NCBI GenBank assembly: GCA_020891255.1
Contig: BQFW01000002.1
Coordinates: 3,038,001 to 3,102,000 of the forward strand
Length of the DNA: 64,000 nt
Direction: 5' to 3'
From: Entomortierella parvispora E1425
Taxonomy: Eukaryota > Fungi > Mortierellomycota
Both the position numbers and the translations under genes were made by a program. Positions within the stretch are counted from its first letter, which is position 1, and every line of letters starts with the position of its first letter. Shown one piece after another: positions 24,236-37,252 of this stretch. Below the pieces are notes generated by a model. It had not been told where the DNA came from and ran no database searches. It saw only the letters and a list, made by a program, of their open reading frames with translations.

Positions 24236-25705
24236 CTACAGCTTCATCTCCGAGACGCTGGTCTTGTCTCCCTGTAGAGCCGCAACTCCCTTTTCCTCGC
24301 CATCGATGGCACCAGCAACAGTGACTTTTTGACTTGTCTCCTCCATATTATCTGTATCTCCCTGGAAATCCTTTCCGTCCGAGGCCATAAAGTCCTTTCC
24401 TCGCTCCTCGGTTCCTATCATGCACAAGAAAATGACGACGGCGAAAACAACCCCCATGAGGATCATTTGCACAGTGGCGTAGTCGGGCTTTCCATTAGGG
24501 AGCGAATGGTGGGCACCTGCGACCGCTTCAATTTGTGAAGCCGAGGCAGAAATAAGGTTTCCGAGCTGATAGGCCAGGCCGGGGAATGTTGACCGGAATC
24601 CTGGTGGGGACAACTCTGCGAGATGCACTGGGATCACACCCCAAGCGCCTTGGACACAAAACTGCATGAAGAACGCTCCAGTGACCAATGGAGCATAGTT
24701 GGTAGGGAGCATCCAGAGTGGCAAAAAGCAAAGACCCAAGACCGAGGACCAAATAATCATGGTACGGCGACCGTAGTACTCTGAAAGATACCCGACAATT
24801 AATCCTCCGATGATCGCTCCGATGTTCATGACGACTGTTGCAACCGTTACTTGAGAGGCCGTGTACCCCAGTTGGGCTTTGAGGAAGGTCGGGTACAGAT
24901 CCTGGGAGCCATGTGACATGAAATTGAATCCGGCCATAAGCAAAATGGCATAGATGCATCTGCGCCAATGTTGCTTGAGCATCTCCACTGTCAATTGGTA
25001 GAGGCGCTTGTGATTATCAATTGAATGAGCCCGATTCTGCTTCCAAACGTCCGTCTCTGGCACAAAGTAAACGAGGACCAATGCGATCAAGGCAGGAATA
25101 ATGGAGATCCAGTAGAGAGATCTCCAGCCGAGGTGTGGAACCGCTGCGTAGTAGATGAGCGCTGCCACGAGATACCCAGCTGCGTAGCCCTCCTGCAAGA
25201 TGCCCGAAAAGATACCACGGGAGTCATGGGGAAGGGACTCCATAGCCAAGGCGCTGGCAAGACCCCAGGCGCCTCCCATACAGATTCCAAAGACTCCGCG
25301 CAATCCAATAAACATGGGGAGACTTGTAGAAAATCCTGTGGCAATCTCCACGACAGTGAACAGAGCCAAGTCAATCATCAGAGGGATTCGACGGCCATAA
25401 CGGTCAGCAACGACACCAAAGATGAGGGCACCAATGGATCGAAGCATGAGTGTAGTCGTGATGGCGCTGGTGACGTCCGCCAGTGGTCTGTCAAAGGCTG
25501 TTGAAACTTCGTATGCTGAGAGTGACACGGTGAAAAAGTCAACAGCATCGACCATCCAGGCCATGAAGGCGGCAGCAAAAGTGAGCCGCTGCTGGTGATT
25601 AAGGCCAGTGAGAAGCGCGATGGGGTTCTTGGGCTTGTTTTCAATTTTTGGTACAAAGGTGTCGTAAAGGTACGCCTTGACAGAGGCGGAGGTAAGGGAC
25701 GGCAT
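24236..25705 (-). CDS. JEN1: MFS carboxylate:H+ symporter, Jen1/SHS family, intronless
   Basis: AFMAWMVDAVDFF, LRSIGALIFGVVADRYGRR, GILQEGYAAGYL, NFMSHGSQDLYPTFL, HLAELSPPGFR and YQLGNLIS. Confidence 0.9.
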   Translation of the reverse strand: MPSLTSASVKAYLYDTFVPKIENKPKNPIALLTGLNHQQRLTFAAAFMAWMVDAVDFFTVSLSAYEVSTAFDRPLADVTSAITTTLMLRSIGALIFGVVADRYGRRIPLMIDLALFTVVEIATGFSTSLPMFIGLRGVFGICMGGAWGLASALAMESLPHDSRGIFSGILQEGYAAGYLVAALIYYAAVPHLGWRSLYWISIIPALIALVLVYFVPETDVWKQNRAHSIDNHKRLYQLTVEMLKQHWRRCIYAILLMAGFNFMSHGSQDLYPTFLKAQLGYTASQVTVATVVMNIGAIIGGLIVGYLSEYYGRRTMIIWSSVLGLCFLPLWMLPTNYAPLVTGAFFMQFCVQGAWGVIPVHLAELSPPGFRSTFPGLAYQLGNLISASASQIEAVAGAHHSLPNGKPDYATVQMILMGVVFAVVIFLCMIGTEERGKDFMASDGKDFQGDTDNMEETSQKVTVAGAIDGEEKGVAALQGDKTSVSEMKL

Positions 25706-27349
25706 CAGGTCAGGAAAACGGGGGTGATGCAGGAAAAGGTCGTAAGGATGACGGGAAGAGAGGAGGAAAGAAAAGAAAAAGAGAAAAAAAGAGAGGAGGG
25801 GGGGATTAAAAGAGAGGAAAAAATAGAAAGACGGGTCAATGGACAGGGGTTTAACCCAGGTCCTCTCCACACCAATCTAACTACGACCGAATCCCTCCCT
25901 GGCGGTTTTCCCTTCTGTGAAAGGAGAGCGTGCATGCAGCAGCACGCTTCTTTCTTCTTTTGGGCGAATACAAAGTTTTTTAGCTCGCCTCACTGCTTCC
26001 ACAATGCCTTTTCGCCGTTGAGGTCAAATTTTGGGTGGGGATACCAGCAAATACCTCCGCCACCTGACAACTTTCACCAACAGAGAACTTTTGTTGTTGT
26101 TATTGTTTCTGGTGTTATCGTTGTCGTTTTCACTGACCACTGTCTATGTTCTCATCTCTTCGCATCGGAGAAAAAATATCACTATTATCGACAAAAAAGT
26201 GATGTGGAGAACGAGAAGATATCCGCGGGATAGATGACCTTGGGCATATTTTTTTTTTTGAAAGTAATACTCTCACGCCCTGCGCATCCATTCAAACAAC
26301 TCGCTGGGGCACCACATGGTTACGGCCTTTCGCCTGAGGCTTCTGGTCAGCTGTTGGGTGTCCCCGGAGCAGTATGTACATGTACTTTTTTTTGAGGTCG
26401 GCGATAGGAATCTTAAATCCAAAACATTGGGCGCCGGAGGGCTGGCAGGCGATGTGGGGTGCTCATTGTTTTCTCGTTTTTCAATTGGTCCTTGATTTCC
26501 AAGCACTTCCCCTTTCTCCTGGCGCAAAACTACGCGACGCGCGCTGGTTCTGCATCCATTCCTCATTCGTCGCCACAGCCTCAATTGCAATCTGACCTGA
26601 CTCATCCCTTCTGACCTGACTCATCCCTCGAACCTTGACCAGTGATTCACTACACCTTTTTAACATTGCCCTTGGCAGGCTCGCACCGTGCTCCTTGCAT
26701 GCAACCTGATGCCATTCCATTTACCTTTTCAAACTTCGTGTCGCTCATCGAAGGCCACCATTGATCTCCTTCGGACCACTGTATCTAACCTTATCATGGA
26801 TTGCATCTCGTTCTGGAGCTCAGTAGGATGAGAACTGCGCTAGTGTTTGCACTGAAGTCGCCTGATCGACGCAAAATAGTTCTTTTGCCTGGGCCACAAG
26901 ATTTCTGTTCTCATCGCTAGCGGGTGTTCTGCAGAAAATATTGTCGCTGTTGGATATCATGGAACAGGGATACCGAAAAGGAGAGAGTGAAGATATACCG
27001 ACACAAAAGGATCCATAGGAGATGGGTAGTAGCTTATCAACGAGGAAACTCACAACAAAAACAAGTGCAAATAACCAACTTATTCACCAACAAATATTCA
27101 GACAGAAATGGGATTTCTGACAACGATGTCCTATGCAAATGATGAGGCGTCAAAAAAAAAAAAAAAAAAAGATCTCGTTAATGATGACACAAACTACAGT
27201 GGCCGTAGCGCTCATTAGGATCTAGGATCGTCTTTCGGTGGATTACTGTGCATCTTAATACATCCTTCCTGTCCAAATAACACGGCTTCATTATCAATAA
27301 TCATTCCATTTTTTTTATTATTAAATGTTGTACAACACGCTACATGTCT

Positions 27350-29248
27350 TTAAGAGTACACTGGATGCTCTACAAAGGTATGGCTGCCATATGGAGGGTG
27401 TGGAGGGTACTGATGATGGTGTGATCTAGAAGAGGCGGCAGCAGCAGACGCGGCTGTGGGGGACAGCTCCCCAGCGATAACTGGCGATCTCGTCGAAAGA
27501 GTGTGAATTGGAGGCAAATGAACCCTGTTGTTTGGTGAATCTCGTGAGCCTTGAGGGGTCGAGGACACTCCGGGAGCTGCTCCATTGGGGGGCAAGGCGG
27601 CTGTACCTGGCGTGGACGAGGTCGCTGATGTAGAAGCTCTTGGGGACGTTGGTGTCTGGGGTCCTCTTGCTGGCTCATGGGCTGCGGCAGCATGGGATTC
27701 TGGCGGAGAGAATGGGTGAGGAGGGGAAAAATTGCCACCATCGCTACGCTGTGATGACATTGACGGTGTCCGACTATGGTAGCGCTCTGGATATCCTCGG
27801 TGATGTGGAGGAGGGTGAGGATGGTGGGGCATGTAATCCATCTCGTGATCATTCATATGGACGGGCGAGAACCCATGTCGTTGTGCTGGATCCCGAAATT
27901 TGTGCGAGCCACTCAAATGGGGGATGTGATGATGAGGGGGCATGGAAGGATGACCAGACGTGGGAGGTGGAGGAGGAGGATAGGGGAGGTGACTATATAC
28001 ATCGGGAGAAGCGCCGCCGAGATGTGGCATTGAGTGACCGTAGTAGTCTGGGGGAGATCCACCAGGGTAATGATAGCCGCGATCATGGGAGGAACGGTGT
28101 CGATAGTGGGGGTGGTGACCGGAACCAGAGCTAGACCGATGACGCGAATGTTCGTGAGATCTTGAGCTGTGGCCTGAGGAAGATCGAACAGGGATATCCT
28201 TCGGAAGTGACCCGTGACTTGGCCGAGGATAGCTTGGATGTTCATGGTGTCGAGCCATGTAATCGTAATAAGGATCACGGTGCCTTGAAGCATGGTACCG
28301 ATGATATTCATCATAGTAACCCTCCACTGCGTATGGATGGTGGCGTGGCCGCGAAGGGGCAGAGTCTTGACCCACGAACGATCCAGGCGAAGATGGAGGT
28401 GTACGCTCTGTTGGTTCCATAGAGGAGTAGCGGGTCTTGACAGGTCTGGGCCTCACGGAAGAGGAAATAGGTCTATGGCTTCCACCAGACGATGACTTTG
28501 GACGCTTGGAAGAATGGGTAGGTGGCGATGCATCACTGTCGCTGTGCTCTGCCTCATGGCTGGAAGGTGGTGGGCTGTGCATGGGGCTGTGATCCTCCGT
28601 GTGGTCAACAGACACAGGCCGCTTGGGTTTGACATGGTGGTCTTTACGGATACGGATACGGACCCCTTGGTCAGAGAAGCTGCGGGACAAGAATGTGGAC
28701 TCTGACATACCAGGGAAAGTCTTGCTTGAGTGGACAATCATAGGATTCGACGTGATGGACATGACATGGACGACTTGCCCCTCAATCAACTCGAACAGTG
28801 TGAAGCGCAGACGGAAGTGGCCCTCAATTCTTGCAGACATATCACCAAAAACAAAGAAACCACCGTCAGAGTTGTCGACGTCTTTGAGCCTGTTGAGGGA
28901 GGACACGACAGTGCCAGCCAAGGCGCGATGTGCGGGAGCAACAATTTCACCCGAAGCATCGTTGGCGTGGACGAGGTTGCAGCACATGAACAGATAGGGG
29001 CTTTGAAGATAATCCCTGGGGAAGGATAGAGAATCGAGATGTGGTTAAGAGGATTGAATATACTGCTCGCAACACAAGTGTCGTGCTGAGGAGTGTGTCC
29101 ATTATCTTACTTGTTTCTATCAGAAGACGGCTCTGCAAGTTTGATCTGGACAATTGGAGGCGGGTCGATAGGGCGACGATCGCGCTCCTTCAGGCCACAG
29201 ACCTTGGCTTTCTGAGGCTGTTGGCGGATATGGAGGACATATTTTGAA
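27350..29248 (-). CDS. Velvet-domain transcription factor (VosA/VelC-like) with long His/Pro/Ser-rich C-terminus; N-terminal exon unresolved
   Basis: YVLHIRQQPQKAKVCGLKERDRRPIDPPPIVQI, intron 29110-29016, then LAGTVVSSLNRLKDVDNSDGGFFVFGDMSARIEGHFRLRFTLF and FPGMSESTFLSRSFSDQGVRIRIRK. Confidence 0.92.
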
Positions 29249-32217
29249 CTAGAAACAATGATGATGGTACAAACATAGTCAGTGATTGCCAAAAAAAAAA
29301 AAAAAAAAAAAAAAAAGCGTTTGGGTGAGGTGTTTGCGACTGTGGTTTCCCCCCCTTCTACTGCCCTGCGCATCTGCATCCCGTTCTGACTCTGACGGAA
29401 AGAGTGCCGCAGACCAGTGAGAGGGTGCAGAGTGGACATTTATCCGGGGAATAACAATTTTCAAGGGCCTTTCCAAATAAAGGGACACAGAAAATTGTTG
29501 CGGGGAATGGCTCACTTACGACGTGGATGGCTTGGATCGGTCGGATTGACCACTGACGAAACAGTATGGGGTGGTGGTCGACGACTTGACCATGGTGTAT
29601 GATAATGATAGTATGTGTTTTCGGGGAAGACTATGAAGTAGGAGTGTGCGCCAGAGGCGAAGGGCTGGCTGAGTTGATTAACGTGAAACGAGGTCTCGGA
29701 ACAAGGGACCGAGCGAGAAGAGTCGACAGAGAAGGTGGAGAAAAGAAGGCAAAGAATGGAGCCTGCGAGTTGGGGAAATGAAGGAATGGAGTGTCAATGA
29801 GGTTGAATCGTCAGAAGTTAAGAGGAAGCAGACAGTGTTAAAGAGTGGAGAGAGCAGCGCTGATGGGTGGAGGAGGAGAGAAGGGCACAAAAGAGAGAGA
29901 AGGGCACAAAAGAGAGATAAACGTCCAAGGAGAGAGAGAGAGAGAAAGGAGTGTGGGGGGGAGGAATGAAGGCAAAATGAGAATGAAAAAGAAAGAAGAG
30001 GAAAGAAAGACAGAAGAAGAAGAGGTGAAAGTGAGGTGAAGATGATGGCAAGAGCGAGTCCAGCAGGACACTGCGACAGTTCTGCCCCTTTTTGTCCAGC
30101 AGACCCATGTGTGTTCTGGACACCGTGTGCGCTCTGGAATAATACCGAGATTTCGAGCCTCTGGTCTGGGTAAATGGACTATTGAGGACCGTTTCCTTGC
30201 AAATCAACCGTTCCAAAGCGAAAGGAAGCAGGGGCAGCGACTGGCCAGAGGAGCGAGCAACACTGAGAGCACTCACTCGCCCAGTCCAATCCCCTCGCCT
30301 CACTCGCTCATCTCGCTCAGTTCATGAATTTTGTTTTTCCCTACTTTTTGATTCGAAGGCTCGGATCAAGGTCGTACCTTCCCTCCGTCGGGTCAAAGAA
30401 AAACAACAAAGAGATGCTTCCAGGCACTCAAAACAGTTAATTCCAGACAGGGTCACTGTACCTGTGCGGGATTTTCAATTCTGCCCTTCTGACTGAAAAA
30501 CCAACGGAACCGTCTCTTTGTCATGATCAATCCTCCAGGCACCCCGGGGAGGAGGTTCGATCGTGAACATCACTCCCTTCCTCGCAACACTGCGCTGGCG
30601 GGTGATTATATGTATAATGGAAATATAGAACCAACTCTCTTGCTGTTCGCCCATCCTTGCACAAAATGGAAACAAAAATCCGAGGGCACAGGGTCAAAAA
30701 AAAGAGCGGTCGATTTACCCGACCCATTTTGGTCAATCTCAACCCTAAAACAGGAAGATCTGTGGTGTTGGACATTTCACTTTTTAGTGCTCTCGTTCAA
30801 ACCCAACAAAGACTAGGTACCTACTGCACCCTTCCCTGAAGCTTCAGTCTTTTTTTTTTTTTTTGTCACGGCTCTTACTCGCTAATTCGTCCTCTCTCTC
30901 GGATTCCCGCTGCATCTTGATCAGCGCCCCACGTCCCCTAGTTATTCCTTTTTTCCTCGGATATATTTCTCTCCTACGAACAAACAGCCGTCAAATGGGG
31001 GTCGTCCGTGATTAATTGCCGCAAGGCGTCAACAACTTGATGAATGACAAAGCTTCCTTGCTTGCGTTGGTTGTTCCTGAACTTCCAAATCAGTTCAACC
31101 TTCACAACTCTATATTTTTGATAAATGGAAGTGTTTGAGCTGCTAGACCCTGCCTCTTCGCTTGTGAAGGAGGAGCAAATAGTCATCAATGTGAAGAGTG
31201 GGTGCTGCTGATTCTCATGCATTTCCATGAGTTTCACACTCAAGAATAAAAGATACACTTGAGGTTGAGCAGGTACAATAGAAGTGAGCCTTGGCTTTGG
31301 GAGAATGAGGGGGGAAGGGGACAGGGGGGAGAGAAGTCGCTTTTTTTGTTCAAACCCCCGGATATTTGTTGATCCCCTGCGTGGCCCTAAAAACAGTCGT
31401 CCCTCTCTCATCAAGGGAAAAAAAGAGAGTTAGTCTACTATTATTCTTGAAAGGAATTGACATGGATAGGGACCACATCTGGTGGTACGAAGGCCATGTG
31501 GACACAAACGAAAGGCGACAAATAGAGCAAGCTCTGAACCAGGGTTCAGCATGGTTCAACGGAGTCCGGAACAACACTGAGTCGCAAAATTAGCTGCCTC
31601 TCCAACCCAGATAGCCTTGGAACTTGTAGGGTAATTAGCCAGCAACCCCTACTCGAGTACAGACCTCGGCTGCCATCATAGTTTGATACTCTAATACGGA
31701 CCCTTGTTCCAAACCTTTTTCATTCCTGTGGGCGCGGGCGACGAGATGTATCACGTGATATATATAGCATTTGCGATTGTCGACGCTTCCTTTGTTTTTT
31801 TGACAATGGCTGTGGGGTTGAAAAACGACCATGCATGCATGCACCACCCTCATTGCATCTTCCACCCTTAAGCCACAAAGGTAAGAGAGAGACCAAAAGA
31901 CGGAACCCTTTAGTTTCTGGGATGGATGTGCTGGAGTCATTGCAAAAAACTGAAGCAGTTGAGCCCTGCTGTGAAAGTAAAGGGAATGGCACCGCCGTAC
32001 CGTTTGGCCGTTGAAAATTCTGCTATCCACACAGTGCTTCCTCTGAGTGAGCGATAGCTAGAGAAGAGTTTGACCCGCAGGGACTCCTGTGGAACCTGTT
32101 CTGTTTGCCTCGGCCTGTCCTCTAAACTGGTGCTCTTATCAACCTGTGTTCTTAAATGTAGCATCCTCGGTTTGACCTTTACAGCGCGCAGTCACACGAA
32201 GTCAACGCGACCCTACC

Positions 32218-35047
32218 ATGGAACACAAAAAGTCAAAAAGAAAACTGAAGACTGACGACGACCTGAATGAAGGTTCATTCAAGAAGGCTCTCGTGACCCC
32301 ATCATCCACGGCGTTTGGAGGCAGTTTGGATGATTTAGCAATGGTGGACTCGGCCTCTGATAACTCGGATTCCTCGGACGACGAAGCCTCTGAGCAGATG
32401 AAGAAATCTTCGTCAAAAAAGACTGGTGTGAGCGAAGATGTCGTTAGGATGCAACAGCAGTTACAGCGCCAGATCCCCCTTGAATCTCCTGCCGTTGCTG
32501 GCACAGGCTTGACGCAGGAGCAGATCATGGCCTCTCTTTCTGGACTGCCAGGAATGGAAATGCTCCTGCAAGGCAACACCAATAACCACACTTCACAGGA
32601 TGCGACCTCAATTTTGATGAGCTTGAGCGACCCTTCGATACTCGCCACTGTCAGTAGCACGACAGGAACCCATATTCAACCCGCCCTTACGAGCCATGCA
32701 GCCGTCGCCAGCACTGACTCCAATAGTAAAAAATCAAAATCAAAAAAGGACAAGGAGACCAAGAAGCCTAAGGGTGGTCGTACACCTATCGTAGATCACC
32801 CACCGGTTCGAACTTTAGAGGAACAGCTGGCGTACGATACTGCCGGAGGAGAAAATGAGCTGCATACTAAGTGGCTGATGGCAACAGCATTGAAAGAGAA
32901 GGGTAAGGCAGAGTACTTTGGTCTTTAACATTGGCGCTCCCAGAACCAGCAGCGTGAATTAATATCTCTTTATCATATCAACTGAATAGGTATCAAATAC
33001 AGGACTGGTACCTTCAGTGAAAATGAGGACCAGTTGATCAGACAGACCATCCGGGAATACCTTGTTCGCAACAGTATGCCCGCCGACGCAATTGAACTTT
33101 GGTTCCAAAACGGCGATGCACGTAATAACGTCGGCAAGGAGGAGCTCAAACCATTGTGGGTTGAGATTGGTAGGGATCGATTCTTTTTCTGTGACTTTCA
33201 TGCTTCGGATCAATGTTCATTGTACTGATTAGTTGGTCAAAACTATTTTTTCTTATTCAGCCCGGCGCCTGGAGACACGGCCATTGCTCAACATCTACTT
33301 GCACGTACGACGCATGTTCCATCCTCAGAACAACATTGGAGTGTGGACTAAAGAGGACGATAACAAGTTGGTCGAGCTTTTCGCAAAACACAAGGGTCAA
33401 TGGACCAATATTGGTTTGGAGTTGGGACGGATGGCGGATAGCTGTCGTGACCGCTATCGCAACAACCTCAAAGATCGGAACACAATGGTCTCTGGCAGCT
33501 GGAAGCCCTACGAGGACCGCTTGATGTTGTCGATCATGCAGGAGATCGCCCTCAAGCAAAAGAAGTCGTCTATTCTGGAGTCGTCTCTTATGTGGACGGC
33601 CATCTCGGAAAAGATGGGAGGCTCTCGAAGTCGCCATCAGTGTCGCCATCGATACAACCAGACGTTACAGGCTAAAATTGAGCGTGGCGAGTGGAAAGGA
33701 GAGACAAACCTCGCTGACGCTACCAAGGCAGTGCAAGCTGCTATGGCTGCCGCTGCAGGTCAAGTTACCCCATTGGAGCCAACAATATCTTCTGCAAGCT
33801 CCCCAGTCTTCGATAAGCCAGTCGATGATGCTTCCGACGCAGGCCAGAAAATTCTCGACGCTCTCCAGGGTTACTCTGGCACACCCACGAACTACAATGT
33901 GGACGATGCCGCTGCATTCACGGCTGCCATTACGTCTGCATCATCAATGTCCAACCCGCCAGAAGAAGAGAATGTGTTCCCTCACCGTGATGACATTTTG
34001 CAGCAAATCTTGGATGCGACTTTCATCATTCAAAACTCTGGGGAGACGGATCGGGCTTCTATCGACTGGGCACCCATTACCGAGAAGTTGAAGGAAAAGC
34101 ATTTGGAAGTTATGGAGGAGATCTCAACCAAGATCGTCAAAGCACAGGAGGTCGTGGAATCCTTGGTTCAGAAAAAAGAACCCGAAGGGGAGGTGGTCCA
34201 AACTGCTGCTGCCGCTGCTGCTCAAGCGATAAATGAAGCGGCGACGGTCGTCAAGCATACCATAGAGGGTAAAATGTATCCAGTACCTGCGCCTAGCCAA
34301 CTCCAGAGAGGTTTTTACTTGAACTGGACTCGAATCGAGAACCACAGCAACATGCAACTGGCAGAATTACTTGATGCTCTTATCAAGCGACTCCAGCACA
34401 AGATCGAAAGAAAAAACGAGGTCGATATCGCCGCCCAGTTCAAAGAGGACGCTTCCAAAAAACAAAAGAAGCGAGCCAAGGCGTACAAGGGCGACTGGTC
34501 ATGTTATGGACTCTACCTCAAGCGCTGCTTGACGGATCTCACTGCCCAAGCTGCTCTGGCTGCACTCAAAGCCCCGTTCCCTGAAGCTTCGACACACAAG
34601 CCTCTCAAGCGTATTCTCAGGGCCATTTCGCACAAGAGTTCCAAAAAGAAGAAGAAATCAACGACTGACAGCAGTAGCTCTGACAGCTCTGACGATGATG
34701 ATGACGATAACAACGATACCGGTGGCGCCCGTACAGACAGCCAGGCCCCATCTGCTGGTGGGTTAACTGTAGCATCGCCAATGGACAAGGAGAACTCGTT
34801 GATCCTTTTGGAGGAGACACTTAAGGTTCTTCATGGGACATCATCGGGATCTTCAAGACTGCAAAGCACGCAAATGACGCGAGATCTTGCAGAACTGATG
34901 GTATCTGGCGCCTTGGTCGAGGCGGACATGGTCTCGACTCAAGCTATCAAGCGCCGGTTCCCCAAGATCAGGATCCCTAAAGCACCAGAAGTTAAATCTT
35001 CAGAGCTAGTGGTCGACTCGGACTTCTCTTCCGACGATTCAGATTGA
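32218..35047 (+). CDS. Myb/SANT DNA-binding protein, Reb1/Nsi1/TTF-1-like, multi-exon
   Basis: GTFSENEDQLIRQTIREYL; tandem Myb repeats GVWTKEDDNKL..QWTNIGLELGRMADSCRDRYRN and GSWKPYEDRLM..WTAISEKMGGSRSRHQCRHRY. Confidence 0.82.
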
Positions 35048-35222
35048 AAATGACCCTTGAGATATTCCACCATATTCCATTCGATTCAAATAAAAAATAA
35101 CAATAATACAGCAAGTAATTTAGAGGGACATGCATCCCGTGTATGGTTTATGGTAATGTCAATAATAAGAGCTGAGAGAGAGGGTGGAAGAGTGGGTAAA
35201 GCCTTGCGCAAAGACAAGAAAT

Positions 35223-36261
35223 CTAGACGAGCTTGGAGAAGTATTTTGGCACAGCCTACAAATAGAAGAGTCGATAGATCTGTTAGTGTCTTTTGCACAA
35301 GCTTATCAAGGGTGAATGTCCAGAAATCCAGACGGATCGCGTCGGGCTCCATCGCCATATCCTTTGCATTCTAATGGGGAAACGCTCGAGAGGGGAGTGT
35401 GGATGATCCGCACTTAGGACAAATGGAGATCATACAACCGATCTTCCTCTTATTTGCCTTTCCAAGAAAAAGAGAAAAGAAAAAAAAGGATCCTATCATG
35501 GAGTTGAAGTGATTATAGAGAAATAAGAATTGACTTACGCATTCGTTGACGCAGTGCAAGAAGTGGTAGAGCTCCTCAGTGCAGTCCTCGTGGGCACCCT
35601 CCTCCTGGACACGGCGGGTGCACTCCTCCAAGTGGTGCTTCAAGGGAGCGCAGGCAGCAGTCTCACCGCAAGCTAAAAAGAAATAAAAGAGAACCAAATG
35701 TCAGCCACATATTGTCTATCAGATCGAAGAGACCAGGGGAGGAGTGGGTACTGTTCCTGAATAAAGAAAGTAATCAATCGCGCTCGGAATATGGAGTGCA
35801 GACTTAGAAAATTGCCAGGAGCTGTGGGATGATCAAGGTGTTGTCCCTGGCAATGCCATGCAAGTCATGTCGACAGCAGCATCCGCGTCAACGAAGTCCT
35901 TGCATGCGAGTCTTCGGCAGATCTCGTAGTCGGTGTGCCTTTCCCCTCTCTAATCCTGTCCTCCGGAATCCAATCAAGGTCTCAATCGCGCCCATTCCTG
36001 AGGCTGGCCTACGAGGCGGCCTAATATGACAGCATTCTGGCGAAATAGCGACACAAAGTCTTTCCGACGCGAGCATAGATCAGATTAACGACGCCAGATC
36101 TGCTTACCCTCCTCAATCTCGGGCTTGTCATCTTCGGGCTCCTCCTCCTCCTCAGCAGCGGGGGCAGGGGCGGGGGCAGCCTCCTCCTCCTCGACAGGGG
36201 TCTCCTCGTGCTTCTCTTCGGCGTAGACGGTGGGGAAAAGGTCGGTGATGAAGCTCAACAT
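35223..36261 (-). CDS. QCR6: Cytochrome bc1 complex subunit 6 (hinge protein), three exons
   Basis: Acidic N-terminal exon (MLSFITDLFPTVYAEE..EDDKPEIEE), middle exon CGETAACAPLKHHLEECTRRV..EDCTEELYHFLHCVNEC, and last exon AVPKYFSKLV* (35255-35223) after CTAAC..TAG. Confidence 0.93.
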
Positions 36262-37252
36262 GGTGGAAGTGACGGGATGAGATGAAAGGGTCAGTGATGT
36301 TCGAAATGATGCAACAACGGCTTTTGAATCGATCGGAAAGACCAGACCACAGAAATCCGAGAAATGCTACACACACCGCTTCAATTCAATTCGGTGACGT
36401 CACGGTATTTTGTGGCGAGTAGGCTGCGACGCCACATGCATTGGTAAAGTCCTCGACTGCCACCCACACTTCAACACACCAACAAGAGAACCTTCACGTA
36501 CCTACTATACATTCAATCATTTTACAAGCTGGACTTCGTTAGCTATTTTGTCAGCGCACTGATGAATTCGGAGGTGCTCATGGAATGATAGTCGTTGTGT
36601 AGCTTGAAAACCTGTTTTCTCCACAGTGGTTGGCGAGGGGGACGAAGAGAGTGCTTACTTTTTTCTCCAGGAAGGTGGATGCAATAGGGGTGTACAGTAC
36701 TTGCCGTGAGAATAGGAAAACAAAAAAAAGGTCGAAAAGCAGGACGTGCATCCCAGTGAAGTACCGCGCTGAGTTTGTGGCCTGATTTCTCCTCTCGCTG
36801 GTTGCACAAGGAGTGCCATCATTTTTTGCTCGTCTGCGTCTGCGGGCAGGGGAAGGGTGACCCAAACGAGAGGACATGTAAATGAACAAACGAAAGAACG
36901 AGTAAATGAATGAAGTGCTTGGGAATGTCACCAATGAAAAGGTGGAAGGGGGAAGGAGGGAACAGCGGGAGGTGCGGCAGCCTCGAGGTCAGCGCTGCCG
37001 CCGCAAGTCTGGACCAAGAACAAAGGGAGCGAGCGCAACTCGAGCAGGTCTTTGTTCGCTCTCTTTCTTCTCTCCATTCAATCCTTTCCATCTTCCCTTT
37101 CCTCCACATTCCTCGCATCTGCACCTCAGTCTCTTTCATTTGAACCCCTCACTTCCAACAACGCCTCATACTTGCCGAGACCCACCGTTGGATCGACGTC
37201 GACTCTCAGCAAGAACTCTTATTCCACTGCCGTCTATCCATACCCTACTCGC

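Noticed and set aside
26480-27140. Short ORFs and a 19-bp duplication (TCTGACCTGACTCATCCCT) downstream of the velvet gene
   Set aside because: No consistent frame, motif or splice model.
30974-32200. Several 60-146-aa ORFs upstream of the Myb gene
   Set aside because: No motifs, no coherent codon bias and no splice-consistent model.
35830-35930. CATGCAAG..CTTGCATG inverted repeat in the long QCR6 intron as a snoRNA
   Set aside because: An 8-bp stem with no convincing C/D or H/ACA boxes.
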